Positions 52,461 through 62,260 of a stretch of 64,000 nt of DNA are shown here, one piece after another. Positions within the stretch are counted from its first letter, which is position 1. Each line of letters begins with the position of its first letter. The notes beneath the pieces are model-generated. The model saw only the letters and a list, made by a program, of their open reading frames with translations. It ran no database searches and was not told where the DNA came from. Where the stretch lies: the NCBI RefSeq assembly GCF_053078305.1, contig NZ_CP166879.1, one strand, 5' to 3'. The translations under genes and the position numbers were made by a program.

Positions 52461-53812
52461 TTTGCAACACTGATTTTGATTGATGTTGGCTTGCCTAAAT
52501 CTATCCGGCGTCATTATGGGCATGGATGCCCGCGCCTCGATGAGTTCCGCACCTGATGAGCCCAAAAAACCATCCGGCTTCAGTGAGCCATTTTCTTGCT
52601 GAGGCTTTTCATCAGGCCGATATGCCGTTCATGTCATCAATAATCAGTCTTCGCAAAACCAGATTGGGAACTACTTTAATTCATGATTAACCTGCCAGCC
52701 AGATTGGCGCCATCGTTACCTTTCGAACACAGTCTGCTGTGTTGTGATTGCCCACGCTATCCGGGCTAATTTGTTGGCCAGTGCGCAACATACTACGCTG
52801 GAGTGTTTTCTTGCCAACAACGCCCTGACCCAATCCGCCAACCTTCCTGACTGATTCTCGATTCTCTGAATAAAGGATCTTGCGCACTGAACGAGTAACC
52901 GTCGCAGATTTTTATCTCCACGTTTACTTATCCCTAAAAGTGTATTTTTACCACCTGTGCTGTACTGCCGGGGTACCAGACCGGTTGAAGCAGCAAAGTC
53001 CCGACTGCAGCTATATTGTTTACCGTCTCCCAGCTGCGATGACAGTACGCTGGCGGTTATCGGACCAATACCGGGTATTGTCTGAAGACGTTGTCCTACC
53101 TCATCACGACTCAGTTCCTGCTCCAGTGCGATTTCAAGCTCGGTGATCTGTCCGACAAGATAAATATAATGGGCATGTAAGCGCATCAGTAACTGCGCCA
53201 GATAGGGAGGAAGTTCGTTCTCTGCAAGTACTGTTGAAAGTCGTTTTACCACTGCGACTCCTGTCGGCATACTGATGCCAAATTCCAGCAAAAAAGCATG
53301 CATCTGATTGGTCGTTTTGACTTTATCACTGACCAATGATTCCCTGGCCCGGTGAAGCGCCCGCATGGCCTGCTGAGCTTCTGTTCGTGGTTGCACAAAT
53401 CGCATGGAGGGACGAGATGCCGCTTCGCATATGGCTTCTGCATCGACAAAATCGTTCTTGTTGCTCTTAACAAAAGGGCGAACGAACTGCGGAGAAATCA
53501 ATTTTGCTTCATGACCTAAATCAGCAATCCGGCGAGCCATAAAATGAGCTCCGGCGCAGGCTTCCATCACAACGGTAGACGAGGCACAGCCTGCCAGAAA
53601 CTCAATAAGTTTGGTACGGGTAAACTTTTTACGCAGCAATACCTTGCCTGACTTATCTTGGCAGTGAATGTGAAAGGAATGCTTGCCAAGATCTATACCA
53701 ATAAGCGTAATGTTTTGCATGATGGTCTTCTCCATGAAAGAAAAACACTCTACTAGGGTACAGCTCACAGGGTGGTGGGGACCATCTCATTAACGATGGA
53801 AAATTAACTCAT
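52455..53812 (-). mobile_element. IS110-family insertion sequence nested in IS2
   Basis: boundaries inferred from where the IS2 orfA sequence is split (GKKSM | TMEN); carries an intact transposase. Confidence 0.55.
52716..53720 (-). CDS. IS110-family transposase / recombinase
   Basis: 334 aa from ATG 53720 (GGAGAAG RBS); N-terminal LIGIDLGKHSF (RuvC-like DEDD motif) typical of IS110 family. Confidence 0.8.
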   Translation of the reverse strand: MQNITLIGIDLGKHSFHIHCQDKSGKVLLRKKFTRTKLIEFLAGCASSTVVMEACAGAHFMARRIADLGHEAKLISPQFVRPFVKSNKNDFVDAEAICEAASRPSMRFVQPRTEAQQAMRALHRARESLVSDKVKTTNQMHAFLLEFGISMPTGVAVVKRLSTVLAENELPPYLAQLLMRLHAHYIYLVGQITELEIALEQELSRDEVGQRLQTIPGIGPITASVLSSQLGDGKQYSCSRDFAASTGLVPRQYSTGGKNTLLGISKRGDKNLRRLLVQCARSFIQRIENQSGRLADWVRALLARKHSSVVCCALANKLARIAWAITTQQTVFER

Positions 53813-53814
53813 TA

Positions 53815-54428
53815 GAGAAGCCGTTGAATATTGGCGTGCAAAAAAGTGGATAGCGCACGCCCAATATTGCCCGGGAATGGGGAGTAAGTTTCGTCAGCCG
53901 TTATCTCCGTGTGTTGCGTGCGCAGTTGCACGTCATTCTCAGACGAACCGATGACTGGAAGGATGGCCGCCGCATGATACGGATGTTTATCTCCGTAATA
54001 ACATGGTGTACACCATGTTATCGGAGAGCTGCCCACGTATGGTTATCGTCGGCTGTGAAACAGTACAGGACGTCATGCTGGGAGCGGTAGAACACCGCTT
54101 CGGCAGCGACCTTCCTGCGTCTCCAGTGGAGTGCCTGACGGATAATAGTTCATGCTATCAGGCTAATGAAACACGCCAGTTCGCCCGGATGTTGGAACTT
54201 GAACCGAAGAACACGGCGGTGCGGTATCCGGAGAGTAACGGCATAGCAGAGAGCTTCGTGAAAACGATAAAGCGTGACTACATCAGTATCATGCCCAAAC
54301 CAGACGGGTTAACGGCAGCAAAGAACCTTGCAGAGGCGTTCGAGCATTATAACGAATGGCATCCACATAGTGCGCTGGGTTATCGCTCTCCACGGGAATA
54401 TCTGCGGCGGCGGGCAGTAATGGGTTAA
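53815..54428 (+). pseudogene. IS2 orfA C-terminus and orfB (InsD-like) with internal deletion and stop
   Basis: ENELLKEAVEY... then [15 protein letters not shown] and C-terminal [53 protein letters not shown] match IS2 orfB; the middle is missing. Confidence 0.65.
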
Positions 54429-54499
54429 GTGATACCAGATGTCTGGAAATATAGGAGCAAATCCACCACGCATGGAGCCTGTTAAGACTCTCACTCTCA

Positions 54500-54763
54500 T
54501 CATTCTCCCTTCTGAGTCCCAACGAAACGACCAAAACGCTGAGTAAAGCGGGCAACATTGCCTTCTGATGCCACCGTTCTGAGTTTACCGGTATAGAACG
54601 GATGCGATTTGGAGGAAACGTCAATCGTCACATACGGATACGTCACACCATCCAGTTCAATCTCGCGATCTGTTTTGATGGTAGAACCTATTTTAAAGTA
54701 CTCATCCACACTCGTGTCATGGAACACTACTGTGCGGTATTCAGGATGGATATTTGGTTTCAT
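54500..54763 (-). CDS. ykgM: 50S ribosomal protein L31 type B (zinc-independent paralog)
   Basis: 87 aa, [30 protein letters not shown]..., matches E. coli YkgM as I recall it. Confidence 0.9.
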   Translation of the reverse strand: MKPNIHPEYRTVVFHDTSVDEYFKIGSTIKTDREIELDGVTYPYVTIDVSSKSHPFYTGKLRTVASEGNVARFTQRFGRFVGTQKGE

Positions 54764-54776
54764 CTCTCTTCACTCA

Positions 54777-54797
54777 TGTTATAACATAACAATAAGA
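54777..54797. promoter_or_regulatory. Zur-box-like palindrome upstream of ykgM
   Basis: ATGTTATAACATAACAATAAG resembles the Zur consensus (TGTTATA..TATAACA); 14-34 bp upstream of the start. Confidence 0.5.
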
Positions 54798-54952
54798 TAC
54801 ATTCTCAGCTAGATCATTTCAACAGAATCCCCGAGCCCAAGGGTAATGTGGCATCGCAGCCTCTCATCAAATGGAAGACATGTGATTGCACATTTATCAT
54901 ACAAGACGTATGATAACACTGTGTTATTTATCCTGCTGCCGAGGGTATAGAT

Positions 54953-55195
54953 ATGAATAACGAATCTGAAAAAGCAATGTGGCGTTGTAAGCCTGTGGAT
55001 AATCCATGGACGTTGGATTCATTACTAAAAAAGACTATTTCTGCTGTTTTACCTGCATCAGACAAAGTTTCACACCAAAATAAAAACAAATTACGTAATA
55101 ATGAATTCATTAAAATTGAGCATCCATGCTCAAAGTCTGAATCCAGAATCGATGGTGACTACATCATTAGTGGAGGAACAGAATACCGTTTGTAA
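54953..55195 (+). CDS. hypothetical small protein
   Basis: 80-aa ORF with a GAGGG RBS; no family recognised. Confidence 0.3.
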   Translation: MNNESEKAMWRCKPVDNPWTLDSLLKKTISAVLPASDKVSHQNKNKLRNNEFIKIEHPCSKSESRIDGDYIISGGTEYRL

Positions 55196-55242
55196 TTAAG
55201 CAGGAGAATTTTCTGTAAATTCTCCTGTAACTTTTTTACTTC

Positions 55243-56748
55243 CTATTTTATACCTCGATTAGCAATACTTCCTGCACTCGAAGCTGCACCTTTCGCTTCC
55301 GAAATACCATTCGGTAATCCTCGACTGATTCCATCGCCAATATGAACACCAGCCCAGGACAACGCTCCCAGCCACACTGCCGGCAAGACGAGAAACATCG
55401 TCCCCATCACCAGATTCATTATCAGATCATCCGATGTGTTCTGGAATCCCATCATATTGAACCGGGTATGTGTATCCGAACTGTACAGCGCCGTCAGCAT
55501 CCAGCTGTCAAGCCACCGTGCAAGCTCCCACCAGAACGTCAGAAAGTGTACCGCAAACACCACAAACGTCAGTGTGATTAACGTCGACAGTTCATATGCC
55601 GCAAACGCCAGAATCAGCGGTATCATGATGTAAATCGCCATCAGTATTATCGACTGTACCATCGGCAGTGCCTGCCGCATTGCATCCAGTGCCGGAAACG
55701 CACCCAGTGCTGCTACCGCACTGCCCGCCGTTCCCGCAATCCGGGCCACCGCATTCATGGTCGTCATATCTGCATTGCCACCATAGCCACGATACACCTC
55801 TCCCCCCTGAGAGAGCGTCAGGTTTGCCGGACTCACCAGACGCTTGATCACCTCCTCCTTATAATCCACCTGACTACTGCCAATCATCTTCATTGCAGCT
55901 GACAGACGTAACCAGTAATGGTCACTGACCTCCTCCATGACCCGTTTTTTCAGCCCCACACTACTGTCACTCCACCACTCCCGGCATGTCGGATAGCCTC
56001 CCCGCCCCGTATCCGGTCGTCCGCTGTCACGTGCTGTATTCCACGGGAACGCAGCCCGCGGCATCTTTGACTGCAGCGTCCCGTAATCCCCCTGCATGAA
56101 TGTGGCGCTCCCTATCCAGGAGATATCATCAAGCACTTTTTTATCTTTACTCTGCCCCTGATCACGCTGTTTCCACATATACAGTGCCAGTGAATAACAG
56201 TCGTTCATAAAGTCCTGCAGCTCATCAGCAAGTGCCCTGTTTTCTATAAACGTTCGCTGGATCTCAAAACGCAACTGGCGCAAATCAGGCCGGCACGGAA
56301 TCGAAGCCACTGCCGCCTGGGTGACACCTTTCGACAATTTATGAACCACCACCCACCATACCGGGGCTGCAGCAGTCTGATCCCCTATACTGCTGATCAC
56401 CCCACTGTACCCCGTCTCTCCGGGCTCTTCAGGTGTCCATACCCCACAGGTCTGTGCCCTGGATTTATCGAATGACAGCGTATCCAGCGTCACCTGTACC
56501 AGAGGAACACAGCAGGATATCATCACAAAAAAAGCACCATAGAGAACATGCTCAATACGCGGCAGGGAAAGCATCCCTTTGTTTCCCTCATCCGCACCTT
56601 CTTCCCTGACTTTCAGCCAGATCCCGATGATCCTGAATGCCAGTGGCAGGGCAAACAGTCCTGTGCTGATCAACACATTCCACAGACCGTTATTCACCAC
56701 CCAGCCCAGCAGAGTCAGAAAATATTCCAGATAGTTATTTGTGGTCAT
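55243..56748 (-). CDS. conjugative-transfer membrane protein, TraG N-terminal-domain-like (ICE-type T4SS)
   Basis: 501 aa with transmembrane segments at both ends and a large central domain; last gene of a co-directional T4SS array. Confidence 0.55.
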   Translation of the reverse strand: MTTNNYLEYFLTLLGWVVNNGLWNVLISTGLFALPLAFRIIGIWLKVREEGADEGNKGMLSLPRIEHVLYGAFFVMISCCVPLVQVTLDTLSFDKSRAQTCGVWTPEEPGETGYSGVISSIGDQTAAAPVWWVVVHKLSKGVTQAAVASIPCRPDLRQLRFEIQRTFIENRALADELQDFMNDCYSLALYMWKQRDQGQSKDKKVLDDISWIGSATFMQGDYGTLQSKMPRAAFPWNTARDSGRPDTGRGGYPTCREWWSDSSVGLKKRVMEEVSDHYWLRLSAAMKMIGSSQVDYKEEVIKRLVSPANLTLSQGGEVYRGYGGNADMTTMNAVARIAGTAGSAVAALGAFPALDAMRQALPMVQSIILMAIYIMIPLILAFAAYELSTLITLTFVVFAVHFLTFWWELARWLDSWMLTALYSSDTHTRFNMMGFQNTSDDLIMNLVMGTMFLVLPAVWLGALSWAGVHIGDGISRGLPNGISEAKGAASSAGSIANRGIK

Positions 56749-56754
56749 GATTGC

Positions 56755-57096
56755 TCAACGCCCCGGCTCAGCAAAAATGGCGTATTCACACAGCAGGATA
56801 AACAGAACACTGACTGTGGCCATACGCAGAAAAGAAGCCCGGTATTCTGCCCTGAACCCCGGCGCATGCCAGATCCTCCACCCCAGCCATCCGATCGCAC
56901 TGTAAAGACACAGACGCCATCCCAGCCAGCCATAACGTGTCTCATACATCCACTCCCGCAGGGCCGCAAATCCTTCTGCGTGACGTATACCGGTATCGGC
57001 CAGCCAGAGGGAAAACACGGTAATCCCTGTCAGCAACAGCGTATACAGGGCGAATACCTTCATCCTCTTTTTCACCCGGCCATAAATTCTGCTCAT
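56755..57096 (-). CDS. ICE membrane protein
   Basis: ORF 56755..57147; ATG at 57096 has an AAGGAG RBS just after the upstream stop; hydrophobic. Confidence 0.45.
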   Translation of the reverse strand: MSRIYGRVKKRMKVFALYTLLLTGITVFSLWLADTGIRHAEGFAALREWMYETRYGWLGWRLCLYSAIGWLGWRIWHAPGFRAEYRASFLRMATVSVLFILLCEYAIFAEPGR

Positions 57097-57100
57097 CCTC

Positions 57101-58525
57101 TCACTCCTTATCCGGGGCATCGAGAGAATGGATACGGCTGTCAGCATTGTCAGCCTGCTGGATCATCGGGTTATTCCCCACACGCTCGTTATCCCGTTCA
57201 ATGATGGTCAGAACACTGTTACGCGCCAGATCCCGCTTCAGCTCCATCTCGTTTTTCAGCGCCATAATTTCCCGATCCAGCGCCTCAATACGGCGTTCCC
57301 CCTCTTCCAGTGCAGCAGGCTGAGCTGCAGCATACGGCTCGGCCATCCCCGTGAGCAGCATCCTGCGCATCAGCAGCGCCGTTTCAACGGTATCCGCCAT
57401 GGCCAGTTCTCCCGCCAGACGCGACGTCAGGGCACCATTGTCCGGATCACGCTGCAGGGCACGGATCACTCCCGCTGTCACAGACAGACTCCCGGCTTTC
57501 AGTTTTGCCAGATTCCCGGCTGTCGGCTTGTCACGACCATTGACCATACCTGCCAGCAGTTCCGTGTTAACCCGCGTCGCTTCTTCAAGCATCGGCGCAA
57601 ACCCCGTGCCGGCAATACTGGTCCCCGGCTGCTGATCAGCATCCCCGCTGGTACATGCCTTTGCATCACCACAGGTCCGCATGGATTTATCCCCCAGAAC
57701 CTTCACCACCGCCCGGGCAGCTTCCTCTGCATTACGGTATTTCATGCAGGCACTCCCGTTACAGTTCCCGGGACTGACACTGGATGTACTGGTCGAAGGC
57801 AGACTGTTCATCATATTGAAACCGGCAGCTGTCAGATCATGTGTCGGCCGGATAGCAGACTGTCCCGCTCCACCACGCTGCTGCCCTCCGATCCAGCGTT
57901 GCCCCTCCTCCCCGGTAACCTGACGACCTGCTTCATCCCCTTTGATCGCATCACCGTCCCCCGTATTCACAATTTTTTTGTACTCCTCGAGCATGGCCGC
58001 CTGCGTCCACTTATTGCTGTCCGTGAACTCCATCATGCGTTTCGCCATGTTCTGACAATTGAGCTGCGCTTTGTCGAATGCCACATTCGCCTGCAGTACA
58101 CCGTTGGTCAGCATGTCATACAGCCCCGGATTAGCCCGCTGTATCACCATTGCCGGCAGACTCGCCACGGCTCCGCTCGCCCCCTGAATCACATCCCCCA
58201 TCAGGTTTTTGAAACCATCAGTGATCCCGTTCAGCTGGTTACCCACTGTTGTTTTCAGGTCAAAATTGCCACACATCAGATCACTGCTCCACCCGAGATC
58301 CACCCCAAGTTTCTGCATATTGCTGCGCGTTGCCGGCTGCGATATCACCGAGCCCCCTCCCAGGGTATAAAACAGTTTGTCTGATACTGCGCCGTCCACG
58401 GATTTACCGTAGCCAAACGCACTGTCATTCACTTTCGGCAGGGACAAAAAGTTTCCGTCAGCCTGTACCGTACCCGCACAAAGCACCACAGCCAGAACAG
58501 GTATCGTCATTTTCTGTTTCATCAC
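57101..58525 (-). CDS. ICE conjugal-transfer periplasmic protein (TraH-like)
   Basis: 474 aa; signal peptide; Gly/Asn-rich; C-terminal coiled coil; position relative to TraU- and TraG-like genes. Confidence 0.5.
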   Translation of the reverse strand: MMKQKMTIPVLAVVLCAGTVQADGNFLSLPKVNDSAFGYGKSVDGAVSDKLFYTLGGGSVISQPATRSNMQKLGVDLGWSSDLMCGNFDLKTTVGNQLNGITDGFKNLMGDVIQGASGAVASLPAMVIQRANPGLYDMLTNGVLQANVAFDKAQLNCQNMAKRMMEFTDSNKWTQAAMLEEYKKIVNTGDGDAIKGDEAGRQVTGEEGQRWIGGQQRGGAGQSAIRPTHDLTAAGFNMMNSLPSTSTSSVSPGNCNGSACMKYRNAEEAARAVVKVLGDKSMRTCGDAKACTSGDADQQPGTSIAGTGFAPMLEEATRVNTELLAGMVNGRDKPTAGNLAKLKAGSLSVTAGVIRALQRDPDNGALTSRLAGELAMADTVETALLMRRMLLTGMAEPYAAAQPAALEEGERRIEALDREIMALKNEMELKRDLARNSVLTIIERDNERVGNNPMIQQADNADSRIHSLDAPDKE

Positions 58526-58535
58526 TTCCCCTTAC

Positions 58536-59510
58536 TTAAAAATTCGTACTGCCCAGGAATGTCTGTCCCCGTTTCTTGCAGCAACTGTAGGGCTGCCACA
58601 GGGCAAAGGCAGCATTACCTGTTTCAGCCGCTTCATGCTCTCCGTCAGGGAAGACTGCGCAGGACGTGGAGACTGAAGGCGTCAGTCTCTGCCATTTATG
58701 GTTCCGGGTACCCGTATTTTCCTCCACCGGATCCGGTGGCCAGTAACCGTCCTTCTTCCCTGCTTTCACCGCCTGATAGACATGTGGCTCACCGGTGCGG
58801 GTGATAATGTCAGCCACCCGCTGGGCCACCACCGCAGCAGCTTTATCATCATCTGTCTGGGTCACGAACCCGGAGCGGGGATACACATTGCCCCACATAT
58901 TCTCTTCTTCCTGGCTGCCTATTTCGCGTTTACCGGGGATCAGGGCCTCCGGGTACAGTGACTCCGGTAGTCCTGTACGCCAGGCAATACTGTCAAGCGT
59001 ACTGAGAAAATAAGGAACAAAAGGTGTCACCGGTGACTCACAGGAATATCCCGGCACCATCCCTCCGATAAGCGTGGTGGCCGGGTGCCCTGTTGCATCG
59101 GCATATTTAAAACGGATTGACGAACGACGTTCCCCCTGTACCTTCATGTCTGCGGGGTTCCCTCCTCCTGCTGACAGACCGGCAATACCTTTGCTTATGG
59201 CATTCTCCGGACCACCGGCTGTACTGCTGACCGCCGACATTTCACGCCAGGGATTTCCGCCAGGTGCGGTATAGGTGGAAACAACCACTTCCGGGATATA
59301 ATGGGAAACTTTCACTGATGTTCTGACCTTGCAACTGAATTTGGTGCAGAACAGCCAGTAGCAAATCCCGCTGACCCGCCAGCTGATACAGCTCTGTGAG
59401 GCTGCACTGGCCACTATCTGCGCGGTGTTCAGCGATGCCTCTGCCACCGGCAATACCGCCATACTTAACAGCAGAACACCGGCGCGATGACGTGATGTGC
59501 AGGAAATCAT
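58536..59510 (-). CDS. TraU-like conjugal-transfer protein
   Basis: 324 aa; signal peptide and Cys/Trp-rich segment (SGICYWLFC) reminiscent of TraU family; start overlaps upstream stop. Confidence 0.55.
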   Translation of the reverse strand: MISCTSRHRAGVLLLSMAVLPVAEASLNTAQIVASAASQSCISWRVSGICYWLFCTKFSCKVRTSVKVSHYIPEVVVSTYTAPGGNPWREMSAVSSTAGGPENAISKGIAGLSAGGGNPADMKVQGERRSSIRFKYADATGHPATTLIGGMVPGYSCESPVTPFVPYFLSTLDSIAWRTGLPESLYPEALIPGKREIGSQEEENMWGNVYPRSGFVTQTDDDKAAAVVAQRVADIITRTGEPHVYQAVKAGKKDGYWPPDPVEENTGTRNHKWQRLTPSVSTSCAVFPDGEHEAAETGNAAFALWQPYSCCKKRGQTFLGSTNF

Positions 59511-59902
59511 GGCTGCCCTCCCCCTGTACGCAGTTGTTCTGCCAGCACCACGTCTGTGGTTCCGTAGACCACTTCACTGTCATCAAAAACCACAGCCGGA
59601 TATTTTTTCAGTCCAAGGGACCAGGCATGTGCTAATGCACGGTAGTGTTCAGCAAGCCCTGCCTGAAACGACTGCCATTCAGGCGACTGCATCCGTTCCA
59701 TGACACGGGCAGATGCTTCTGCAGGCTCTGCGGGAAGTACCCCGAAAAATGTATCCTGCGTCTGCTCAGGAGCATCAAGCAGGACAACACGAACACCTGC
59801 TGGCGGGTTCATGGGGCGCTGGTGCGAATCGGTATAAATTGTTGTACCGGCAGATGCAGCCACCGGTAGTATCAGGAAGGAATACAGTAACAGTCGGTAC
59901 AT
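59507..59902 (-). CDS. ICE periplasmic protein (small secreted)
   Basis: 131 aa with signal peptide MYRLLLYSFLILPVAASA; within the T4SS array. Confidence 0.45.
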   Translation of the reverse strand: MYRLLLYSFLILPVAASAGTTIYTDSHQRPMNPPAGVRVVLLDAPEQTQDTFFGVLPAEPAEASARVMERMQSPEWQSFQAGLAEHYRALAHAWSLGLKKYPAVVFDDSEVVYGTTDVVLAEQLRTGGGQP

Positions 59903-60037
59903 GATGCGACTCCGTCAGACAACTGGTATCTGACAGCGTGCGCAAAGGCAAAGGGACAATCAGCAATAAATTCAAAACCGGATGATAAAAATTAAGCCTC
60001 TTCCTCTGAATAACGCACACTCTGCATCTGAATCAAA

Positions 60038-60757
60038 TTAATCCGGTTGCATCACAGGAAGCCACTGATTCGGGGTAATACCATAATAACGCCTGAACAC
60101 AGAAATAAAATAAGAAGCACTGGCATAGCCACACAACTCTGCCACCCGGGAAATACGGTTTTCTCCCGCAGACAAAAGCTGAACGGCATACTGCATTCTC
60201 TCTTTCAGAAGAAGCTCACTGAAGGTCGTCAGCTCTTCCTGAAGCTTTTTCTTCAGTAAACTCTCACTTATATATAACAGACTGGCCACTTCACCCAGCA
60301 TCCATGGACGGGACAAATCAGCACTGATAATATTCTTCACCCGGACAGTGCAGCTCCGGATACACCCCGTGAGCAGGGCATGGAAATCCGGATGTTCCTC
60401 AAACAGCGCCAGACTGGAAAAAGCCACCGCATCCCTGAAGTACACCGGCGATGGTTCATCTGTAATAAGTTGTCTGATCAGACATTCCGCCAGCACGGAC
60501 ATCTGTGGCCGGATCTGTAAAAGCAAAGACGACGGGCTGACTGCCATACCGGATAATGGCGTGCAGAACCGCAGATACCGCCTCACCACCTCCTCACTGA
60601 GGTCAGCGATAAGGAAACGTCCGGTATGAGCCTGAAAAGCAGGGCGCAGATGCCCGGCAATCAGAAGCATTGTGCCGGCAGGTATGACAGAGTTCCTGTG
60701 CTCCAGACAAAGCATTGTCTGTTTGAGAGCCATAATGACAGCGCAGGTACAGGGCAT
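60038..60757 (-). CDS. AraC-family transcriptional regulator
   Basis: C-terminal AraC-type HTH (GENRISRVAELCGYASASYFISVFRRYYGITPNQW). Confidence 0.8.
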   Translation of the reverse strand: MPCTCAVIMALKQTMLCLEHRNSVIPAGTMLLIAGHLRPAFQAHTGRFLIADLSEEVVRRYLRFCTPLSGMAVSPSSLLLQIRPQMSVLAECLIRQLITDEPSPVYFRDAVAFSSLALFEEHPDFHALLTGCIRSCTVRVKNIISADLSRPWMLGEVASLLYISESLLKKKLQEELTTFSELLLKERMQYAVQLLSAGENRISRVAELCGYASASYFISVFRRYYGITPNQWLPVMQPD

Positions 60758-60861
60758 CGGATATCCGGTAAATATGCTGATTTATTAAAGAGACAGACAT
60801 GCCCCGTATATAAAATTCCGTGTCACCGGGTGCTGAAAAAAACTGCACCGGCGGCGCTCTT

Positions 60862-61323
60862 TTACTCCTCCGTTACGGATATTTCAGCTCCCTTTTCAGG
60901 AGCGGTATCCTTCACATCACTGAGACCGGACTGAGTCGCTTCAGAGACCTCTGCCACCTTTCCGGCTGCCTGTGTTTTTACTTCCTCCACGGCATCCTTC
61001 ACCTCGCTGAGCCCGGACTGAGCCGCTTCAGAGACCTCTGCCATCTTTCCGGCTGCCTGTGTTTTCACTTCCTCCACGGCATCCTTCACCTCGCTGAGCC
61101 CGGACTGAGCCGCTTCAGAAACCTCTGCCACTTTTCCGGCAGCCTGCATTTTCACGTCCTCCGCGGCATCCTTCACATCACTGAGTTGAGTCTGCGCAGC
61201 TTCCTTTATATCTGCCGCCTTCTTACTTACATTCTCCTTTGTCGCATCATCACAGCCCGCAACCAGAAATGGTGCGGAAATACATAACGCCAGAATTGTT
61301 TTTTTCAGCATACAATCTCTCAT
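60862..61323 (-). CDS. lipoprotein with 29-residue tandem repeats
   Basis: signal peptide with lipobox LVAGC; about 3.4 copies of AAGK(V/M)AEVSEAAQSGLSEVKDAVEEVKTQ. Confidence 0.6.
   Translation of the reverse strand: MRDCMLKKTILALCISAPFLVAGCDDATKENVSKKAADIKEAAQTQLSDVKDAAEDVKMQAAGKVAEVSEAAQSGLSEVKDAVEEVKTQAAGKMAEVSEAAQSGLSEVKDAVEEVKTQAAGKVAEVSEATQSGLSDVKDTAPEKGAEISVTEE
60909..61200. repeat. 87-bp tandem repeat (~3.4 copies) inside the lipoprotein gene
   Basis: repeat starts read at 60909, 60996, 61083 and 61170 with few substitutions. Confidence 0.85.
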
Positions 61324-61694
61324 TATTAAGTGTTAACGCAGAACAGCTTATATTTCGTCCCCGGAAAATGGTCAAAAGACAACCAGAACATCACAGTGTC
61401 AGGGCACACTCCCGGTATATGCTTTTATAACCATAACATGCTGTTCCTGATATTACCGGAAATGTGCCCACTACATTTAACCTGTTTTCAGCACCGGGTC
61501 ATCGGCTGTGCTGTATTTTTTATTCCCGTCACAGAAACACACTATTACCGTTGATTTCATGACGAATAAAATGAATAAATTCTCCCGTGGTCTTTACCAC
61601 CATTATTATACCAATAACACCATTTACACAGATACACTCCGGGACTATCTGTTTTTGCCCCCTCCGACTCCACCGGAGGTTTTTATTTTCATAC

Positions 61695-61940
61695 TCAGGC
61701 CTTCACCACTTCACACCGGAAGTCCTCCACCCTGACGCCAATATACCGTCCCGGCTCTTTTGCGGGCGCAAACAGTTTTTCACATTCATCCTGAGTCATT
61801 TTTTCATCCTGGTAACGCAGCCACTGAACCGGCATATTGCCTGGTTTGATTATTGTCGCAGTTATTTTATATCGCTTTCCCATACTGGCTCTCATCTCAA
61901 CACCAAAATCACCGGCTGAGCCATCACTCCGGTAATGCAT
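61695..61940 (-). CDS. hypothetical protein
   Basis: 81-aa ORF with ATG start; no family recognised. Confidence 0.3.
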   Translation of the reverse strand: MHYRSDGSAGDFGVEMRASMGKRYKITATIIKPGNMPVQWLRYQDEKMTQDECEKLFAPAKEPGRYIGVRVEDFRCEVVKA

Positions 61941-62064
61941 GCGAAAAAAAGTGAGCGTCTCAGCAATGGCTCATGCGGTGATTCTGTACGGTACCCGCAC
62001 AAAATACGGACACCAACAGCGTCGCAGAATACAACGAAGGCATCAGGGCAGCACCTCTCTCCCG

Positions 62065-62259
62065 CTATTTTTCAGAGTTCTTTACCCTCCTCCTGACACG
62101 GGAGTACAACCCTGACAGCATCCGGGCCAGTACATTCGCAAGCACCCATGAAAACACAGCCACACCCACAGCTCCCGCCAGAAACAGCACAGGTTCACTG
62201 GCAATTTGATCTGACAGCGATGGATACAGTGGTCCCGGAAAATCGATATCGCTCCTCAT
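62065..62259 (-). CDS. small membrane protein of the T4SS operon
   Basis: ORF 62065..62307; ATG at 62259 with a GAGGGG RBS, 1 nt after the upstream stop; one hydrophobic helix. Confidence 0.4.
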   Translation of the reverse strand: MRSDIDFPGPLYPSLSDQIASEPVLFLAGAVGVAVFSWVLANVLARMLSGLYSRVRRRVKNSEK

Positions 62260-62260
62260 A

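Larger units (their letters stand above)
52095..54470 (+). mobile_element. IS2 remnant interrupted by a nested IS110-family element
   Basis: IS2-like left end near 52098; orfA N-terminus at 52177-52460 and orfA C-terminus plus internally deleted orfB at 53815-54428; IS2-type right end around 54440-54470. Confidence 0.65.

Noticed and set aside
54953-55195. Assigning the 80-aa ORF as ykgL
   Set aside because: Its position and orientation relative to ykgM do not fit the ykgL-ykgO-ykgM arrangement I recall, and I have no sequence match; left as a low-confidence hypothetical.
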